Below, piece after piece: positions 41,098-51,114 of a stretch of DNA of 58,385 nt. Within the stretch, counting starts at the first letter, position 1, and each line of letters begins with the position of its first letter. The notes below the pieces were generated by a model that was not told the origin of the DNA, did no database searches, and saw only the letters and a program-made list of their open reading frames with translations. Source of the stretch: Methylocystaceae bacterium (GTDB taxonomy: Bacteria > Pseudomonadota > Alphaproteobacteria > Rhizobiales > Beijerinckiaceae); NCBI GenBank assembly GCA_009921565.1, contig RFXM01000001.1:1-58385 (forward strand), given 5' to 3'. The translations under genes and the position numbers were made by a program.

Positions 41098-42321
41098 TCA
41101 TGACTCCTGCGCCAAACTATCAAAACATTTCAAATGCTCCGCGTTTGGTTCAACCCCGTGCGTTTTAACAAAAGCGCGGCGAAATAAAGCCTCTGGCGCG
41201 CACTCAGCCAGACGCTGCGGCGCCGGCGGCGCTTCTATTGCCTGCGTACGGCGCTCAAAATTTAAAGAAACAAGGCGCACAGGAAATTTTTCGCAAATCG
41301 CATCAACTTCTGCTTTGACGCCTGTTGCAGGACCGTCGATCAGCAAAGTGAGGTGAAGAAAGGGCGCCAACTCCATGGCGCTTATATGAATATCCTTACA
41401 TAAGCGACTTAATTCCGCTTCTAACTGCGAGACTGTTAATGCACCGCTGATTGGCAATCTTAAATGATCAATCCGTCTAACAAATGGCTTGTGGACAATA
41501 TGCGACGCGCCTGCTGCATCGATCTCGACAAGACTTACGCCATGTTCGTAGTAAATTTCTGTTTTAGACATCGGAATGAGCGAGCCTGCGTAGCGGATAT
41601 TGGCGCGCCCAACGCTTTGAGGCCGATGTAAATGGCCTAATGCAACATAGGCCACATCATCTGGAAAAATATCGCTTGGGGCCGCATGCTCGCCGCCAAT
41701 CAGAATACGTCGCTCTGCGCCTTCAGATTCTACGCCGCCAGCAATATGCAGATGACCTGTTAGGATCAAAGGATGCGCGCCAATCTGGCGGCGCGCAGTC
41801 TGGATCGCATCCCGATACAAGACGCGTACCGCCTCTATAAGCGGCGAGCCCTGCGTCGCCAACGATCCAAGCGGCAAATCCGTCGCGCGCGGATAGGGCA
41901 GCGCTAAAATAGAGGCGCGCTGCTGACCACTTTCGTCGTAAAGCGGGATGAGATGATGGCGGAGATTAAGGTCATCTTGCTCGCGAGATATGACACCAAC
42001 TGAAACGACGCGGATGAAATCAAATAAAGCCCGCGGCGCTTCTAATCGCGCTGCAGGATCATGATTGCCCGCAATCAAAACAATCGCTGCATTGGGGCAA
42101 GCCGCGCGTAAATCGCGTAAAGTTTCATATAATAGCTTCTGCGCTTCAGCCGAGGGATTGAGGCTATCAAAAACATCGCCAGCAATGATCACGCCGTGAA
42201 CAGATTGCACATGGGCAATTTTCACCAATTGCGCCAAAGCTGCGCGGTGCTCAATTTCGCGAGACCACCCGTGCAAGGCGGCGCCCAAATGCCAATCAGC
42301 CGTATGAAGAAGACGAATCAC
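41098..42321 (-). CDS. sbcD: Nuclease SbcD
   Basis: HTADWHLG, AGDVFD, GNHD and ALGHLH; its stop directly abuts the sbcC ATG. Confidence 0.96.
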   Translation of the reverse strand: MIRLLHTADWHLGAALHGWSREIEHRAALAQLVKIAHVQSVHGVIIAGDVFDSLNPSAEAQKLLYETLRDLRAACPNAAIVLIAGNHDPAARLEAPRALFDFIRVVSVGVISREQDDLNLRHHLIPLYDESGQQRASILALPYPRATDLPLGSLATQGSPLIEAVRVLYRDAIQTARRQIGAHPLILTGHLHIAGGVESEGAERRILIGGEHAAPSDIFPDDVAYVALGHLHRPQSVGRANIRYAGSLIPMSKTEIYYEHGVSLVEIDAAGASHIVHKPFVRRIDHLRLPISGALTVSQLEAELSRLCKDIHISAMELAPFLHLTLLIDGPATGVKAEVDAICEKFPVRLVSLNFERRTQAIEAPPAPQRLAECAPEALFRRAFVKTHGVEPNAEHLKCFDSLAQES

Positions 42322-42385
42322 AACGTATCTATTTAGCAGCTATGCGCCGACGCGTAGCAAGCGCAGGCCAAAATAGCTTCTTCAT

Positions 42386-43489
42386 TCAAGCGGAGCGGAA
42401 ATGTTTTGATAGTTTGAGGCTTTGGCCTTGATAATTGGAAACGCCGGCCTGTCCATAAAGCGTTTGAGGCGGCTCACACATTTGCTCATAAACAAGACGA
42501 CCGATGAATTGACCGTCTTCAAGAATGAATGGAACTTCACGCGATCGCACTTCCAGAACGCCACGGGCGCTAGGCTTGCCATCCACGCCAAGCCCAAACC
42601 CCGGATCAAAAAAACCTGCGTAATGCACGCGAAACTCGCCGATCGCCGCATCCATCGGGGCCATCTCGACAGCAAGATCAGAGGGGATCGCCAATTTTTC
42701 TCTAGACGCCAAGATATAGAAATCGCCAGGGTCGAGAATAAGCCTACCCTCGCGCGCAGGAAGCCGATCCCAAAAATCGTCAATCGCATAGGCGTCAAGG
42801 CGATCCACATCAATCACATCTGTATGCTTTTGCGCCCGATACCCAACAACACCGCCAAAAGCCGCCGCATCAAGGGCTACTCTCAATACAACGCCATCGC
42901 GCAACGTGAGGGGCCCATCAACGAGGGGCGTTTTTTTATGTAGCGCGGCGAGCGCGCTATCGCTCAAGACAAGACCCGATTGCGGCGCGCTTTGCGCATG
43001 CGCCCTGAAACGTAATTGACTTAAGCGCGACCCCTTGCGAACGCGTACTGAAAAACTGCGGGGTGAAACTTCTGCGTAAAGCGGTCCGCGATAGCCCGCT
43101 GACACTTCATCGAACCGATCGCCGCGATCCGTAATCAATCGGGTAAAAATATCCAACCGGCCAGTTGAACTTTTAGGATTCGCCGCGCCGGAAACACCAG
43201 ATGAAAGCGCTAAACTTTCCAAAAGCGGCACCACATAAAAACATCCGCGCTCAAGAACTGCGCCATCCTCCTCTAAGGACATCTCATCATATTTTAGATC
43301 GGACAAGAGTTCGCTTACCGTGCGGGCCTTTCCCGGAAGAAAACTCGCCCGAACGCGATAGGCTTTAGCCCCCAGTCTTAAATCAAGACTGGCTGGCTGA
43401 ATTTGACCCTGCGTGAGGGGCGCAGCGAGCTTCACCTCGCCTGCCTCTATTAGTCCCGAGATCTGCCGGCTTGAGAGTACGCCGCTCAT
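42386..43489 (-). CDS. dcd: dCTP deaminase (long alphaproteobacterial type)
   Basis: IQPASLDLRLG, NPKSSTGRLD, HYAGFFDPGFG and SNYQGQSLKLSKHF. Confidence 0.93.
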   Translation of the reverse strand: MSGVLSSRQISGLIEAGEVKLAAPLTQGQIQPASLDLRLGAKAYRVRASFLPGKARTVSELLSDLKYDEMSLEEDGAVLERGCFYVVPLLESLALSSGVSGAANPKSSTGRLDIFTRLITDRGDRFDEVSAGYRGPLYAEVSPRSFSVRVRKGSRLSQLRFRAHAQSAPQSGLVLSDSALAALHKKTPLVDGPLTLRDGVVLRVALDAAAFGGVVGYRAQKHTDVIDVDRLDAYAIDDFWDRLPAREGRLILDPGDFYILASREKLAIPSDLAVEMAPMDAAIGEFRVHYAGFFDPGFGLGVDGKPSARGVLEVRSREVPFILEDGQFIGRLVYEQMCEPPQTLYGQAGVSNYQGQSLKLSKHFRSA

Positions 43490-43620
43490 GCGCCATTCAT
43501 CCTGTTTTTATCCCTGCGCCAGAGGCCTATAAGCGCATAAGCGCCAATTTGCCCCCTGTTTCAAGCCATTCGGGCCGAGAGCCTGTTGACAGCTGGGTGG
43601 TGTCCCGCCTCTTGTGCCGG

Positions 43621-43675
43621 GGGAGCGCGCTTTGCGACCATCGGCTTGCCGCCATGAAAAACAAGGCGCTAAAAG
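43621..43675 (+). promoter_or_regulatory. SAM-II (SAM-alpha)-like riboswitch, variant or degenerate
   Basis: Ordered elements TTTG...CGGCTTG-CCGCCA...AAACAAG-GCGCTAAA upstream of metZ resemble the recalled SAM-alpha consensus, but P1 pairs poorly. Confidence 0.6.
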
Positions 43676-43774
43676 ATAAAATGCGCTCGCTTAGCAGGGT
43701 TTGAGCGAACTAAGCGCTCGAGGGAAAAACGCTTCATTATGCGCGCCATCGCCCGCCGCGCGCTGAAAGGATTG

Positions 43775-44977
43775 ATGATGGTCGCTGATGCGCCGCCAAG
43801 AAAATTTCGTCCCGCTACGCAACTTGTGCATGGAGGCGCCCTGCGCTCTCATTTCGGGGAATTGTCCGAGGCTCTGTTTCTAACCCAAAGTTTCGCCTAT
43901 CCAACAATGGAAGCAGCTGAAGCGCGATTTAAAGGCGAAGATCCTGGCTTCATATACTCTCGCTTTTCAAATCCTACTGTCGCAATGTTTGAACAACGCA
44001 TGTGCTTATTAGAAGGCGCAGAAGCGGCGCGAGCGACGGCCAGCGGAATGGCGGCGGTTACGGCAAGCATGCTGGCCCAGCTCAAAGCTGGCGACCATGT
44101 TGTTGCAGCGCGCGCCTTATTCGGCTCCTGTCTCTATGTTGTCGAAAATCTACTTCCGCAACTTGGCGTCGCCGCGACGTTAGTGGAAGGCGCTGATCTT
44201 GCACAATGGAAAAAAGCAGTTCGCAAAGAAACTAAAATTTTCTTCCTAGAAAGCCCAACTAATCCAGGCCTTGAAATTTACGACATCCAGGCGATTGCCG
44301 ATATCGCGCATGAGGCTGGCGCCAAACTCGTCGTTGATAATGTTTTCGCCACACCTATGCTTCAAAAACCGCTCGAACTCGGCGCTGATGTGGTTGTTTA
44401 TTCTGCAACAAAACATATTGATGGACAGGGACGTTGTCTTGGCGGCGTGATACTTGCGTCACAAGCGATTATTGATGAAAGCATTCATAATTTTTTACGT
44501 CAAACTGGTCCAGCCATGTCGCCCTTTAATGCTTGGGTTATGCTTAAAGGACTGGAAACTTTACCTCTGCGCGTAGCGCAACAAACTAAAAGCGCCAGTC
44601 TGATTGCAGATTTTCTAGCTGAGCAAAGATCAATCCTTCGCGTTCTATATCCATTCCGCAAAGACCATCCTCAAACAGACCTTGCGCACAGACAAATGAC
44701 CGGCGGCGGAACATTGGTGAGCTTTGACGTCAAAGGAGGAAAAGCAGCGGCTTTTAAATTAGCTAACAAATTAGAGCTGATCAAAATCTCGAATAATCTG
44801 GGCGATGCAAAAAGCCTCATCACGCATCCCGCCACAACAACGCATCAACGCCTAACGCCAGAAGCGCGCGCCGGTTTAGGAATAAGCGAGGGCATGCTGC
44901 GGCTTTCTGTTGGGCTTGAGGATATTGAAGATCTGTTGGAGGATCTTGGCGCCGGCCTTGCTGCGGTTCAAAACTAA
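43775..44977 (+). CDS. metZ: O-succinylhomoserine sulfhydrylase
   Basis: YSRFSNPT, ESPTNP, DNVFATP, PLP-lysine motif YSATKHIDGQG and SNNLGDAKSL; AAGGA SD favours ATG 43775/43778. Confidence 0.93.
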   Translation: MMVADAPPRKFRPATQLVHGGALRSHFGELSEALFLTQSFAYPTMEAAEARFKGEDPGFIYSRFSNPTVAMFEQRMCLLEGAEAARATASGMAAVTASMLAQLKAGDHVVAARALFGSCLYVVENLLPQLGVAATLVEGADLAQWKKAVRKETKIFFLESPTNPGLEIYDIQAIADIAHEAGAKLVVDNVFATPMLQKPLELGADVVVYSATKHIDGQGRCLGGVILASQAIIDESIHNFLRQTGPAMSPFNAWVMLKGLETLPLRVAQQTKSASLIADFLAEQRSILRVLYPFRKDHPQTDLAHRQMTGGGTLVSFDVKGGKAAAFKLANKLELIKISNNLGDAKSLITHPATTTHQRLTPEARAGLGISEGMLRLSVGLEDIEDLLEDLGAGLAAVQN

Positions 44978-45060
44978 CAGCCAAAGACGCTTCCTCTCAG
45001 GCCGCGCGTTTCTCCCAGCTGGACATCGACCCCGCATTCTGGCGCACTAGTTAACCTTCC

Positions 45061-45453
45061 ATGTATGTCGCGATTACAAATCATATTCAGGTGACGGCGA
45101 TCCCGGATTTTATGCCGGATCGCTCGGACCCAGAACAAGGTCGTTTTTTTTGGTCTTACACAATCGAGATCGCCAATCTTGGTACGCAACGGGTGCAGCT
45201 CCTCTCGCGTCATTGGCTCATCATTGACGCCAATGGGCGGCGCGAAGAAGTTCGTGGACCTGGCGTTGTCGGCGAGCAACCCATGCTCGAACCCGGAGAA
45301 ATCTTTCGCTATGCTTCTGGCTGCCCCTTGTGCGCGCCCTCAGGCATGATGCAAGGCAGCTACCGAATGATGACAGACAATGGGGAGGCCTTTGACGTCG
45401 TGATCCCTGCTTTTTCCCTCGATAGCCCCCTCTCAAAACCGACGCTCAATTGA
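45061..45453 (+). CDS. apaG: ApaG domain protein
   Basis: QLLSRHWLIIDANG and VRGPGVVGEQP. Confidence 0.95.
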   Translation: MYVAITNHIQVTAIPDFMPDRSDPEQGRFFWSYTIEIANLGTQRVQLLSRHWLIIDANGRREEVRGPGVVGEQPMLEPGEIFRYASGCPLCAPSGMMQGSYRMMTDNGEAFDVVIPAFSLDSPLSKPTLN

Positions 45454-46613
45454 TGGATCACCTTGAACAAACAATCGATTTAACGGGCCGCCTTGTCGCT
45501 TTTGACACCGAGAGCTCGAAATCTAACCTGCCATTAATTGATTTTGTGGCGGAATATCTCTCCGCACAGGATATCCCTTTTATCCGCGCGCCCAACGCCA
45601 ATGGCGATAAGGCGGCTATCTTTGCAACGATTGGACCGCAAATCTCCGGAGGCGTCCTGCTATCGGGCCATACAGACGTTGTGCCCGTTGACGGTCAAGA
45701 TTGGAAAACAAATCCTTTTGCTATGGTTCGAGACCAGTCGCGCCTCTACGGCAGAGGCGTCGTTGATATGAAAGCCTTTGGCGCGGTTTGTTTAGCGATG
45801 ATTCCGCACTTCAAAACCGCCAAGCTCTCACGACCAATCCATGTGTTGTTGAGTTATGATGAGGAAACCACCTGCCGGGGCCCGCTCGATGTCATTCGCC
45901 GAATGGGCGTTGACTTGCCCAAGCCTGCGGCTGTGATCGTCGGCGAGCCGACCTCTATGCAAGTCGCGGATGCGCATAAAAGCGTGTCTACGCATACTAC
46001 CCGCGTCACAGGCTTTGAAATTCACTCGGCCAATCTTCATCGCGGGGTTAGCGCTGTCCATATCGCTTGCCAACTCGTTGTCGAATTGGAGCGTATCGGG
46101 GCCCAATTGCGTTTGCTTGGAGATCCCAGCGGGCGCTTTGACCCACCCTGGTCAAGCGTTCATGTTGGCATAATTCAGGGCGGGACGGCCCGCAACATCG
46201 TCGCTAAAGATTGCGCTTTCCACTGGGAAGCGCGTGGATTGCCAGGGCTTTCGTCCACTTATGTCGCCGATCAATTGACGCATTATGCCCGGGCACTTCA
46301 TGGAGAGATTTTCCAACACTTCCCCCATACAGGCATTGAAACCATTTTAGAAAATGAGGTGCCTGGCCTTAGACCAGAAATTGGCTCCCTGGCGGAGTCG
46401 CTCGCTCTGCGCGCAGCGCGTCGAAATGCGACCATTGCGGTTCCTTATGCGACGGAAGCCGGGCATTTTCAGCTTGCAGGCGCGCCGACAGTCGTTTGCG
46501 GGCCAGGCAGTATCGAGCAAGCGCACCAACCAAATGAATTCATCGATATTTCTCAGTTATCCGCCTGTATTGATTTTATGCGGCGGCTTACAGAGGAATT
46601 ATCCGGCAATTGA
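45450..46613 (+). CDS. argE: Acetylornithine deacetylase (M20 family)
   Basis: SGHTDVVP, GRGVVDMK, YDEE, VGEPT and GPGSIEQAHQPNE. Confidence 0.92.
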   Translation: MMDHLEQTIDLTGRLVAFDTESSKSNLPLIDFVAEYLSAQDIPFIRAPNANGDKAAIFATIGPQISGGVLLSGHTDVVPVDGQDWKTNPFAMVRDQSRLYGRGVVDMKAFGAVCLAMIPHFKTAKLSRPIHVLLSYDEETTCRGPLDVIRRMGVDLPKPAAVIVGEPTSMQVADAHKSVSTHTTRVTGFEIHSANLHRGVSAVHIACQLVVELERIGAQLRLLGDPSGRFDPPWSSVHVGIIQGGTARNIVAKDCAFHWEARGLPGLSSTYVADQLTHYARALHGEIFQHFPHTGIETILENEVPGLRPEIGSLAESLALRAARRNATIAVPYATEAGHFQLAGAPTVVCGPGSIEQAHQPNEFIDISQLSACIDFMRRLTEELSGN

Positions 46614-46666
46614 GGGGATTCACCTCTCAAGCGACCGGAAAACCAGCCGATTTAGCCCGCTCGGCA

Positions 46667-46694
46667 TTGCTTTCGGCAAGTGAGCGGCTATAGT
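46667..46694 (+). promoter_or_regulatory. Candidate sigma70 promoter of yajC-secDF
   Basis: TTGCTT-N16-TATAGT. Confidence 0.5.
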
Positions 46695-46764
46695 CCGCGC
46701 CCATTCCAGCCACGCATCCCGCCTTCTGCGCGCGGTGCGTCCTAAGACATGAAGAGATAGCACA

Positions 46765-47199
46765 ATGAAGTTGATCCCGGACGCCATGGCGCAAACTCCC
46801 CAGCCGGCGGCCCCTGCTCAATCCGCGCCGCCAATGACCACGGGAACTCAAGCCTCCGGGGGGCTACCAGATGCAGCGGCTCAGCAGCCCTCTCTTCCGG
46901 ACCTTTTTGCTCAATTGGTGCCAATCTTTGTCGTCATGGGCATTGTCTATATTCTCGTAATTCGCCCTCGCGCGCGTCGCGAAAAAGAACAGCTGGCGCA
47001 ACTACGCAACGTAAGACGCGGCGATACGCTTGTAACTTCCAGCGGCATCATCGGCAAAGTGACAAAATCAATTGACGATGATGAAGTCGAAGTAGAAATT
47101 GCGCCAAATGTCCGCGTGCGTTTGCTGCGCAGCGCCATCGTTGAAGTCCGCGCTAAGGGTGAGCCGGTCAAAGAAGCGCCCGCTTCTACAAAATCCTGA
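46765..47199 (+). CDS. yajC: Preprotein translocase subunit YajC
   Basis: Single TM segment then RRGDTLVTSSGIIGKV; upstream of secD. Confidence 0.93.
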   Translation: MKLIPDAMAQTPQPAAPAQSAPPMTTGTQASGGLPDAAAQQPSLPDLFAQLVPIFVVMGIVYILVIRPRARREKEQLAQLRNVRRGDTLVTSSGIIGKVTKSIDDDEVEVEIAPNVRVRLLRSAIVEVRAKGEPVKEAPASTKS

Positions 47200-47257
47200 C
47201 CGCATAATGCGCTTTTTTACAGCGCAAACCCGACCTCTTTAAAGAAATAGCGATAAG

Positions 47258-48853
47258 ATGCTGCGATTTTCGACCTGGAAATTCATCGCCATTGTGTGCA
47301 TGACGCTTGCCGCCATCCTCGTGGTGGCCCCAAGCATGATGGCGCCTGCGCATTATGAGGCATTGAAACAACGTCTGCCTGCATGGTTGACGCCGCCCAC
47401 CATCGTGCTTGGCCTTGATCTTCAAGGCGGCTCGCATGTTATGCTTGAGGTAGACAAAGCTGATATTTTAACCACGCAGGTCAAAAACCTCCGCGAAGAC
47501 GTCCGCCGCATCTTACGCGAAGAAAAAGTCGCTATAACTGGCGGTATTGGCGCTACGCCGCGAGGCGTTCAACTCCGCGTTGCAGACTCTGCGGATCGGG
47601 AGCGGATACTTCCCAAACTGCGCCTACTTCGCAATGGTTTCAGCGCACGCACAGGGGGCGGCGGCGACTCGCCGCTTGATGTCGAAGAAACGCCAGATGG
47701 TCTAATTCGTTTGACAGTAACGGACGCGGGACTCGTTGAAAAAACACGGCGCGCAGTCGATCAATCGATAGAAGTCATTCGTCGACGCGTGGACGCTCTA
47801 GGCACGCGCGAGCCCTCCATTCAACGTGAAGGCGATGATCGCATCATTGTGCAAGTTCCCGGATTACAAGATCCCGAACAGCTCAAAACGATTTTGGGTC
47901 AAACAGCTAAGCTTGAATTTCGACTTGTCGCCGAGGCAGGTCAAAATCCAGCCGATTCAGAAGAACTTGAACAGCAGGATGGAACAGGAAAACTGCCAAT
48001 CGAAAAACAGGTTATGGTGCAAGGCGAAGATTTGACGGACGCGCAGCCTGGTTTTGATCAACAACGCGGCGGCGAACCTGTTGTGAATTTCCGCTTCAAC
48101 ATTCGTGGCGCGCAAAGATTTGGCGAAGTCACATCTAAAAACGTTGACCGACTTTTTGCGATCGTTCTAGATAATAAGGTGATTTCCGCGCCGCGTATTC
48201 TAACGCCGATCACGGGCGGCTCAGGTCAAATCTCTGGTCGCTTTACCGTCGAAGAAGCCAACAACCTCTCCATCCTTTTACGCGCTGGCGCCCTTCCCGC
48301 AAAGCTCAATATCGTTGAAGAGCGCACCGTTGGTCCAGGCCTAGGCCAAGACTCCATCGACGCAGGCAAACGCGCAGCTTATGTCGGCGCCGGCTTGGTT
48401 GTTGTTTATATGCTTATTACTTATGGCGTGTTTGGCGTATTCGCCAATCTCGCGCTTTTTGTGCATATCGCCTTCATCTTCGCTGGTCTTGTCTTACTGG
48501 GCTCAACGCTTACCTTGCCTGGCATCGCAGGCATTGTCCTGACCATTGGCATGGCGGTCGACTCGAATGTGTTGATTTACGAGCGTATCCGAGAAGAAAA
48601 TCATGCGGGGCGCACAATCCTCGCCTCGCTTGACGCTGGTTTCAAGCGCGCATTTGCGACAATTGTTGACTCCAACGTCACAATGTTTGTCGCAGCGGCG
48701 ATTTTATATTTCCTTGGCACAGGGCCTGTGCGCGGCTTCGCCGTATCTCTCGCACTGGGCATTCTAACAACGATCATCACTGCGTATACGATGACGCAGA
48801 TGATGATCGCTATTTGGTATCACTATGCGCGTCCAACGCGTTTGCCGATTTAA
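47258..48853 (+). CDS. secD: Protein translocase subunit SecD
   Basis: LGLDLQGG, TVGPGLG and GMAVDSNVLIYERIREE. Confidence 0.98.
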   Translation: MLRFSTWKFIAIVCMTLAAILVVAPSMMAPAHYEALKQRLPAWLTPPTIVLGLDLQGGSHVMLEVDKADILTTQVKNLREDVRRILREEKVAITGGIGATPRGVQLRVADSADRERILPKLRLLRNGFSARTGGGGDSPLDVEETPDGLIRLTVTDAGLVEKTRRAVDQSIEVIRRRVDALGTREPSIQREGDDRIIVQVPGLQDPEQLKTILGQTAKLEFRLVAEAGQNPADSEELEQQDGTGKLPIEKQVMVQGEDLTDAQPGFDQQRGGEPVVNFRFNIRGAQRFGEVTSKNVDRLFAIVLDNKVISAPRILTPITGGSGQISGRFTVEEANNLSILLRAGALPAKLNIVEERTVGPGLGQDSIDAGKRAAYVGAGLVVVYMLITYGVFGVFANLALFVHIAFIFAGLVLLGSTLTLPGIAGIVLTIGMAVDSNVLIYERIREENHAGRTILASLDAGFKRAFATIVDSNVTMFVAAAILYFLGTGPVRGFAVSLALGILTTIITAYTMTQMMIAIWYHYARPTRLPI

Positions 48854-48868
48854 AGAGGCCATCTATCC

Positions 48869-49921
48869 ATGAAACTCCTGCGCCTCGCCCCGGAGAACAC
48901 TAAATTTCCATTCATGCGTTTCAGACGCGTGAGCTATCCTTTTTCTGCGCTTCTTTCCTTGATTGCTGTCGCGCTTTTTATTTTCAAGGGAATGAATTTC
49001 GGCATTGATTTTGCTGGCGGCACAGTCATTGAATTGCGCGCCAAAAATGGCTCAGCAGAGGTTGGCGTATTACGCGGCTTAGGCGAAGGCCTAAAGTTAG
49101 GCGATATTGAAGTTCAGGGCTTTGGCAATCCAGCTGACGCTACGCTTCGTTTCGGTTTGCAGCCTGGCGGCGATGTCGCCCAACAGGCCGCCGTTGAACG
49201 CGTGCGGGAAAAAGTTGGCAATGACTATGATCTCCGTCGCGTTGAAGTCGTTGGACCGAGAGTGTCTAACGAACTCGTGCAATCTGGCACGCTTGGCGTT
49301 GTCCTCTCGATCATTGCGGTATTAAGCTATCTTTGGTTTCGTTTCGAATGGCAGTTTGCAGTGGGCGCGGTTATTGCAACCATGCATGACCTTTTGCTGA
49401 CAGTAGGTTTTTTCTCCATTACCCAACTTGAGTTTAATACGACCTCGATTGCCGCAATTCTCACAATTGTAGGCTATTCATTAAATGAGACGGTTGTTGT
49501 GCTCGATCGCATTCGAGAAAATATGCGTAAATATAAAAAGCTCGGCACAGCTCAAATGATCGATATGTCAATCAACGCCGTTCTCCCGCGCACAATTATG
49601 ACGGCGACAACCGTGATGCTCGCTCTAATCGCATTAGTCGCTTTCGGCGGTCAGGTTATTCGCTCGTTTTCGTTGGCGATGATCTGGGGTATTTTTGTCG
49701 CAACTTATTCGTCGATCTTTATCTGCTCGCCAATGCTGATCTATCTTGGTCTTCGCAATGAAGAAGGCGACAAGGCGGCCGCCTCGCAGGACCTCGCATC
49801 GAAAGACCCGCAAACTCGAGATGGGCAGGCCGCACGAGACCCAGATCAGAAAGAGCCGCCAACAGCTTCCGCTTCAGCGAAGAAAAAGCCAGCCCAGTCT
49901 CGTAAGCCGAGGCAGGCTTGA
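48869..49921 (+). CDS. secF: Protein translocase subunit SecF with a charged C-terminal tail
   Basis: GIDFAGG and GYSLNETVVVLDRIRE. Confidence 0.97.
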   Translation: MKLLRLAPENTKFPFMRFRRVSYPFSALLSLIAVALFIFKGMNFGIDFAGGTVIELRAKNGSAEVGVLRGLGEGLKLGDIEVQGFGNPADATLRFGLQPGGDVAQQAAVERVREKVGNDYDLRRVEVVGPRVSNELVQSGTLGVVLSIIAVLSYLWFRFEWQFAVGAVIATMHDLLLTVGFFSITQLEFNTTSIAAILTIVGYSLNETVVVLDRIRENMRKYKKLGTAQMIDMSINAVLPRTIMTATTVMLALIALVAFGGQVIRSFSLAMIWGIFVATYSSIFICSPMLIYLGLRNEEGDKAAASQDLASKDPQTRDGQAARDPDQKEPPTASASAKKKPAQSRKPRQA

Positions 49922-50307
49922 CATCATCATCCAATGCCGCAACCGGCTATATTGCGGGACGCTACCGGATTGATGATTACGGCGTAGGCGGCTTCCGTTT
50001 TGCAGATATGTCCCATCGCGGCTCTATCCTCGCGCTGCCTAGCGGCATTCGAGCAATTACTCTTGAGAATGTCAAAGACATCGATGCCGCTCTTATTGAT
50101 CTCGCCTTGGCGGAACCCGCAGGTCTGGATTTACTCATTATTGGATCAGGCGCCCAATTAACGCCCATAAGCTCCATGCACAAAAATAAATTAAAAGTCG
50201 CAGGCGTTGGGTGTGAGACGATGGCGACAGGCGCCGCCGTTCGCACTTATAATCTTCTCACCGATGAGGGGCGACGCGCTGGCGCATTGTTAATTGCTGT
50301 CGCATGA
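49918..50307 (+). CDS. Mth938/DUF498 (NDUFAF3-like) protein
   Basis: GFRFADMSHRGS and MATGAAVRTYNLL; conserved position after secF. Confidence 0.9.
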   Translation: MTSSSNAATGYIAGRYRIDDYGVGGFRFADMSHRGSILALPSGIRAITLENVKDIDAALIDLALAEPAGLDLLIIGSGAQLTPISSMHKNKLKVAGVGCETMATGAAVRTYNLLTDEGRRAGALLIAVA

Positions 50308-51092
50308 TAGCGACGACGCCCGACCATTTTGATCATTGCGAAGCTAATTTACGTAAGCAAGATCGAGATCTCTGGCTTGCCTGTCTTTTCGCGCCCGCTA
50401 CTAAACGCCGCGACCTCCATGCGATCTACGCCTTTGTTTCGGAAATCCGCGACATTCGCGCTAAAGTTTCGCAAGCTCTACTAGGAGAAATGCGACTTCG
50501 CTGGTGGAGCGACACATTAGAAAGCATCAAACTAGACGTCGCGCACGCCCATCCAGTCGCCGATGCGCTGCGTGACGTGATGCGCCGCAATGTTTTACCG
50601 AGGGAGGAATTTTTACGCCTTTTAGAAGCCCATATTTTTGATCTCTATGATGACCCCATGCCAACGCGCGCAGCATTAGAAGCATACTGTCGCTCGACAA
50701 GCGTCGCCCCACTAGAATGGGCGGCGAAAATACTTGAAGCCTCCCCCTCTAACGCCTTTCACGACGCGGGGCTTGCTCTAGGATTGACCCGAACGCTCTG
50801 CTCTTTGGATCAAAAATTTATTCCCCTAGAGGACCTTACTGCAAGCCTGCAAGATTATTCGAAAGCCCGCAGCCAGCTCATCAACCTGGCGCGAGACTAT
50901 TATCAAAGCGCTTACCGCGCTGCACGACAGCTTAAATCAGGCCGAGAGGCCCTGCTTCCAGCTTCAGTCACGCCGCTTTTTCTGGAACAACTGGGGCAAA
51001 GAGACTATGATCCTAGCCTAGGCCCAATCACGATCTCGCCCTTGCGCCGTCAGTGGCGCCTATGGCGCGCGTCGCGCAATTATGGGCTCTAG
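50304..51092 (+). CDS. Squalene/phytoene synthase-fold protein (NDUFAF6-like)
   Basis: YAFVSEI, GEMRLRWW and FDLYDDP; no canonical DDxxD; conserved position after Mth938. Confidence 0.85.
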   Translation: MIATTPDHFDHCEANLRKQDRDLWLACLFAPATKRRDLHAIYAFVSEIRDIRAKVSQALLGEMRLRWWSDTLESIKLDVAHAHPVADALRDVMRRNVLPREEFLRLLEAHIFDLYDDPMPTRAALEAYCRSTSVAPLEWAAKILEASPSNAFHDAGLALGLTRTLCSLDQKFIPLEDLTASLQDYSKARSQLINLARDYYQSAYRAARQLKSGREALLPASVTPLFLEQLGQRDYDPSLGPITISPLRRQWRLWRASRNYGL

Positions 51093-51114
51093 ACGCGCGG
51101 CTATGGAATGAGTC

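Noticed and set aside
37357-42321. SMC plus nuclease pair as a novel defence system
   Set aside because: All motifs and the gene order match ordinary SbcCD; no accessory defence genes are adjacent.
49918-51092. Mitochondrial-protein homologues (NDUFAF3- and NDUFAF6-like) as a novel system
   Set aside because: Their position after secDF is a common alphaproteobacterial arrangement.
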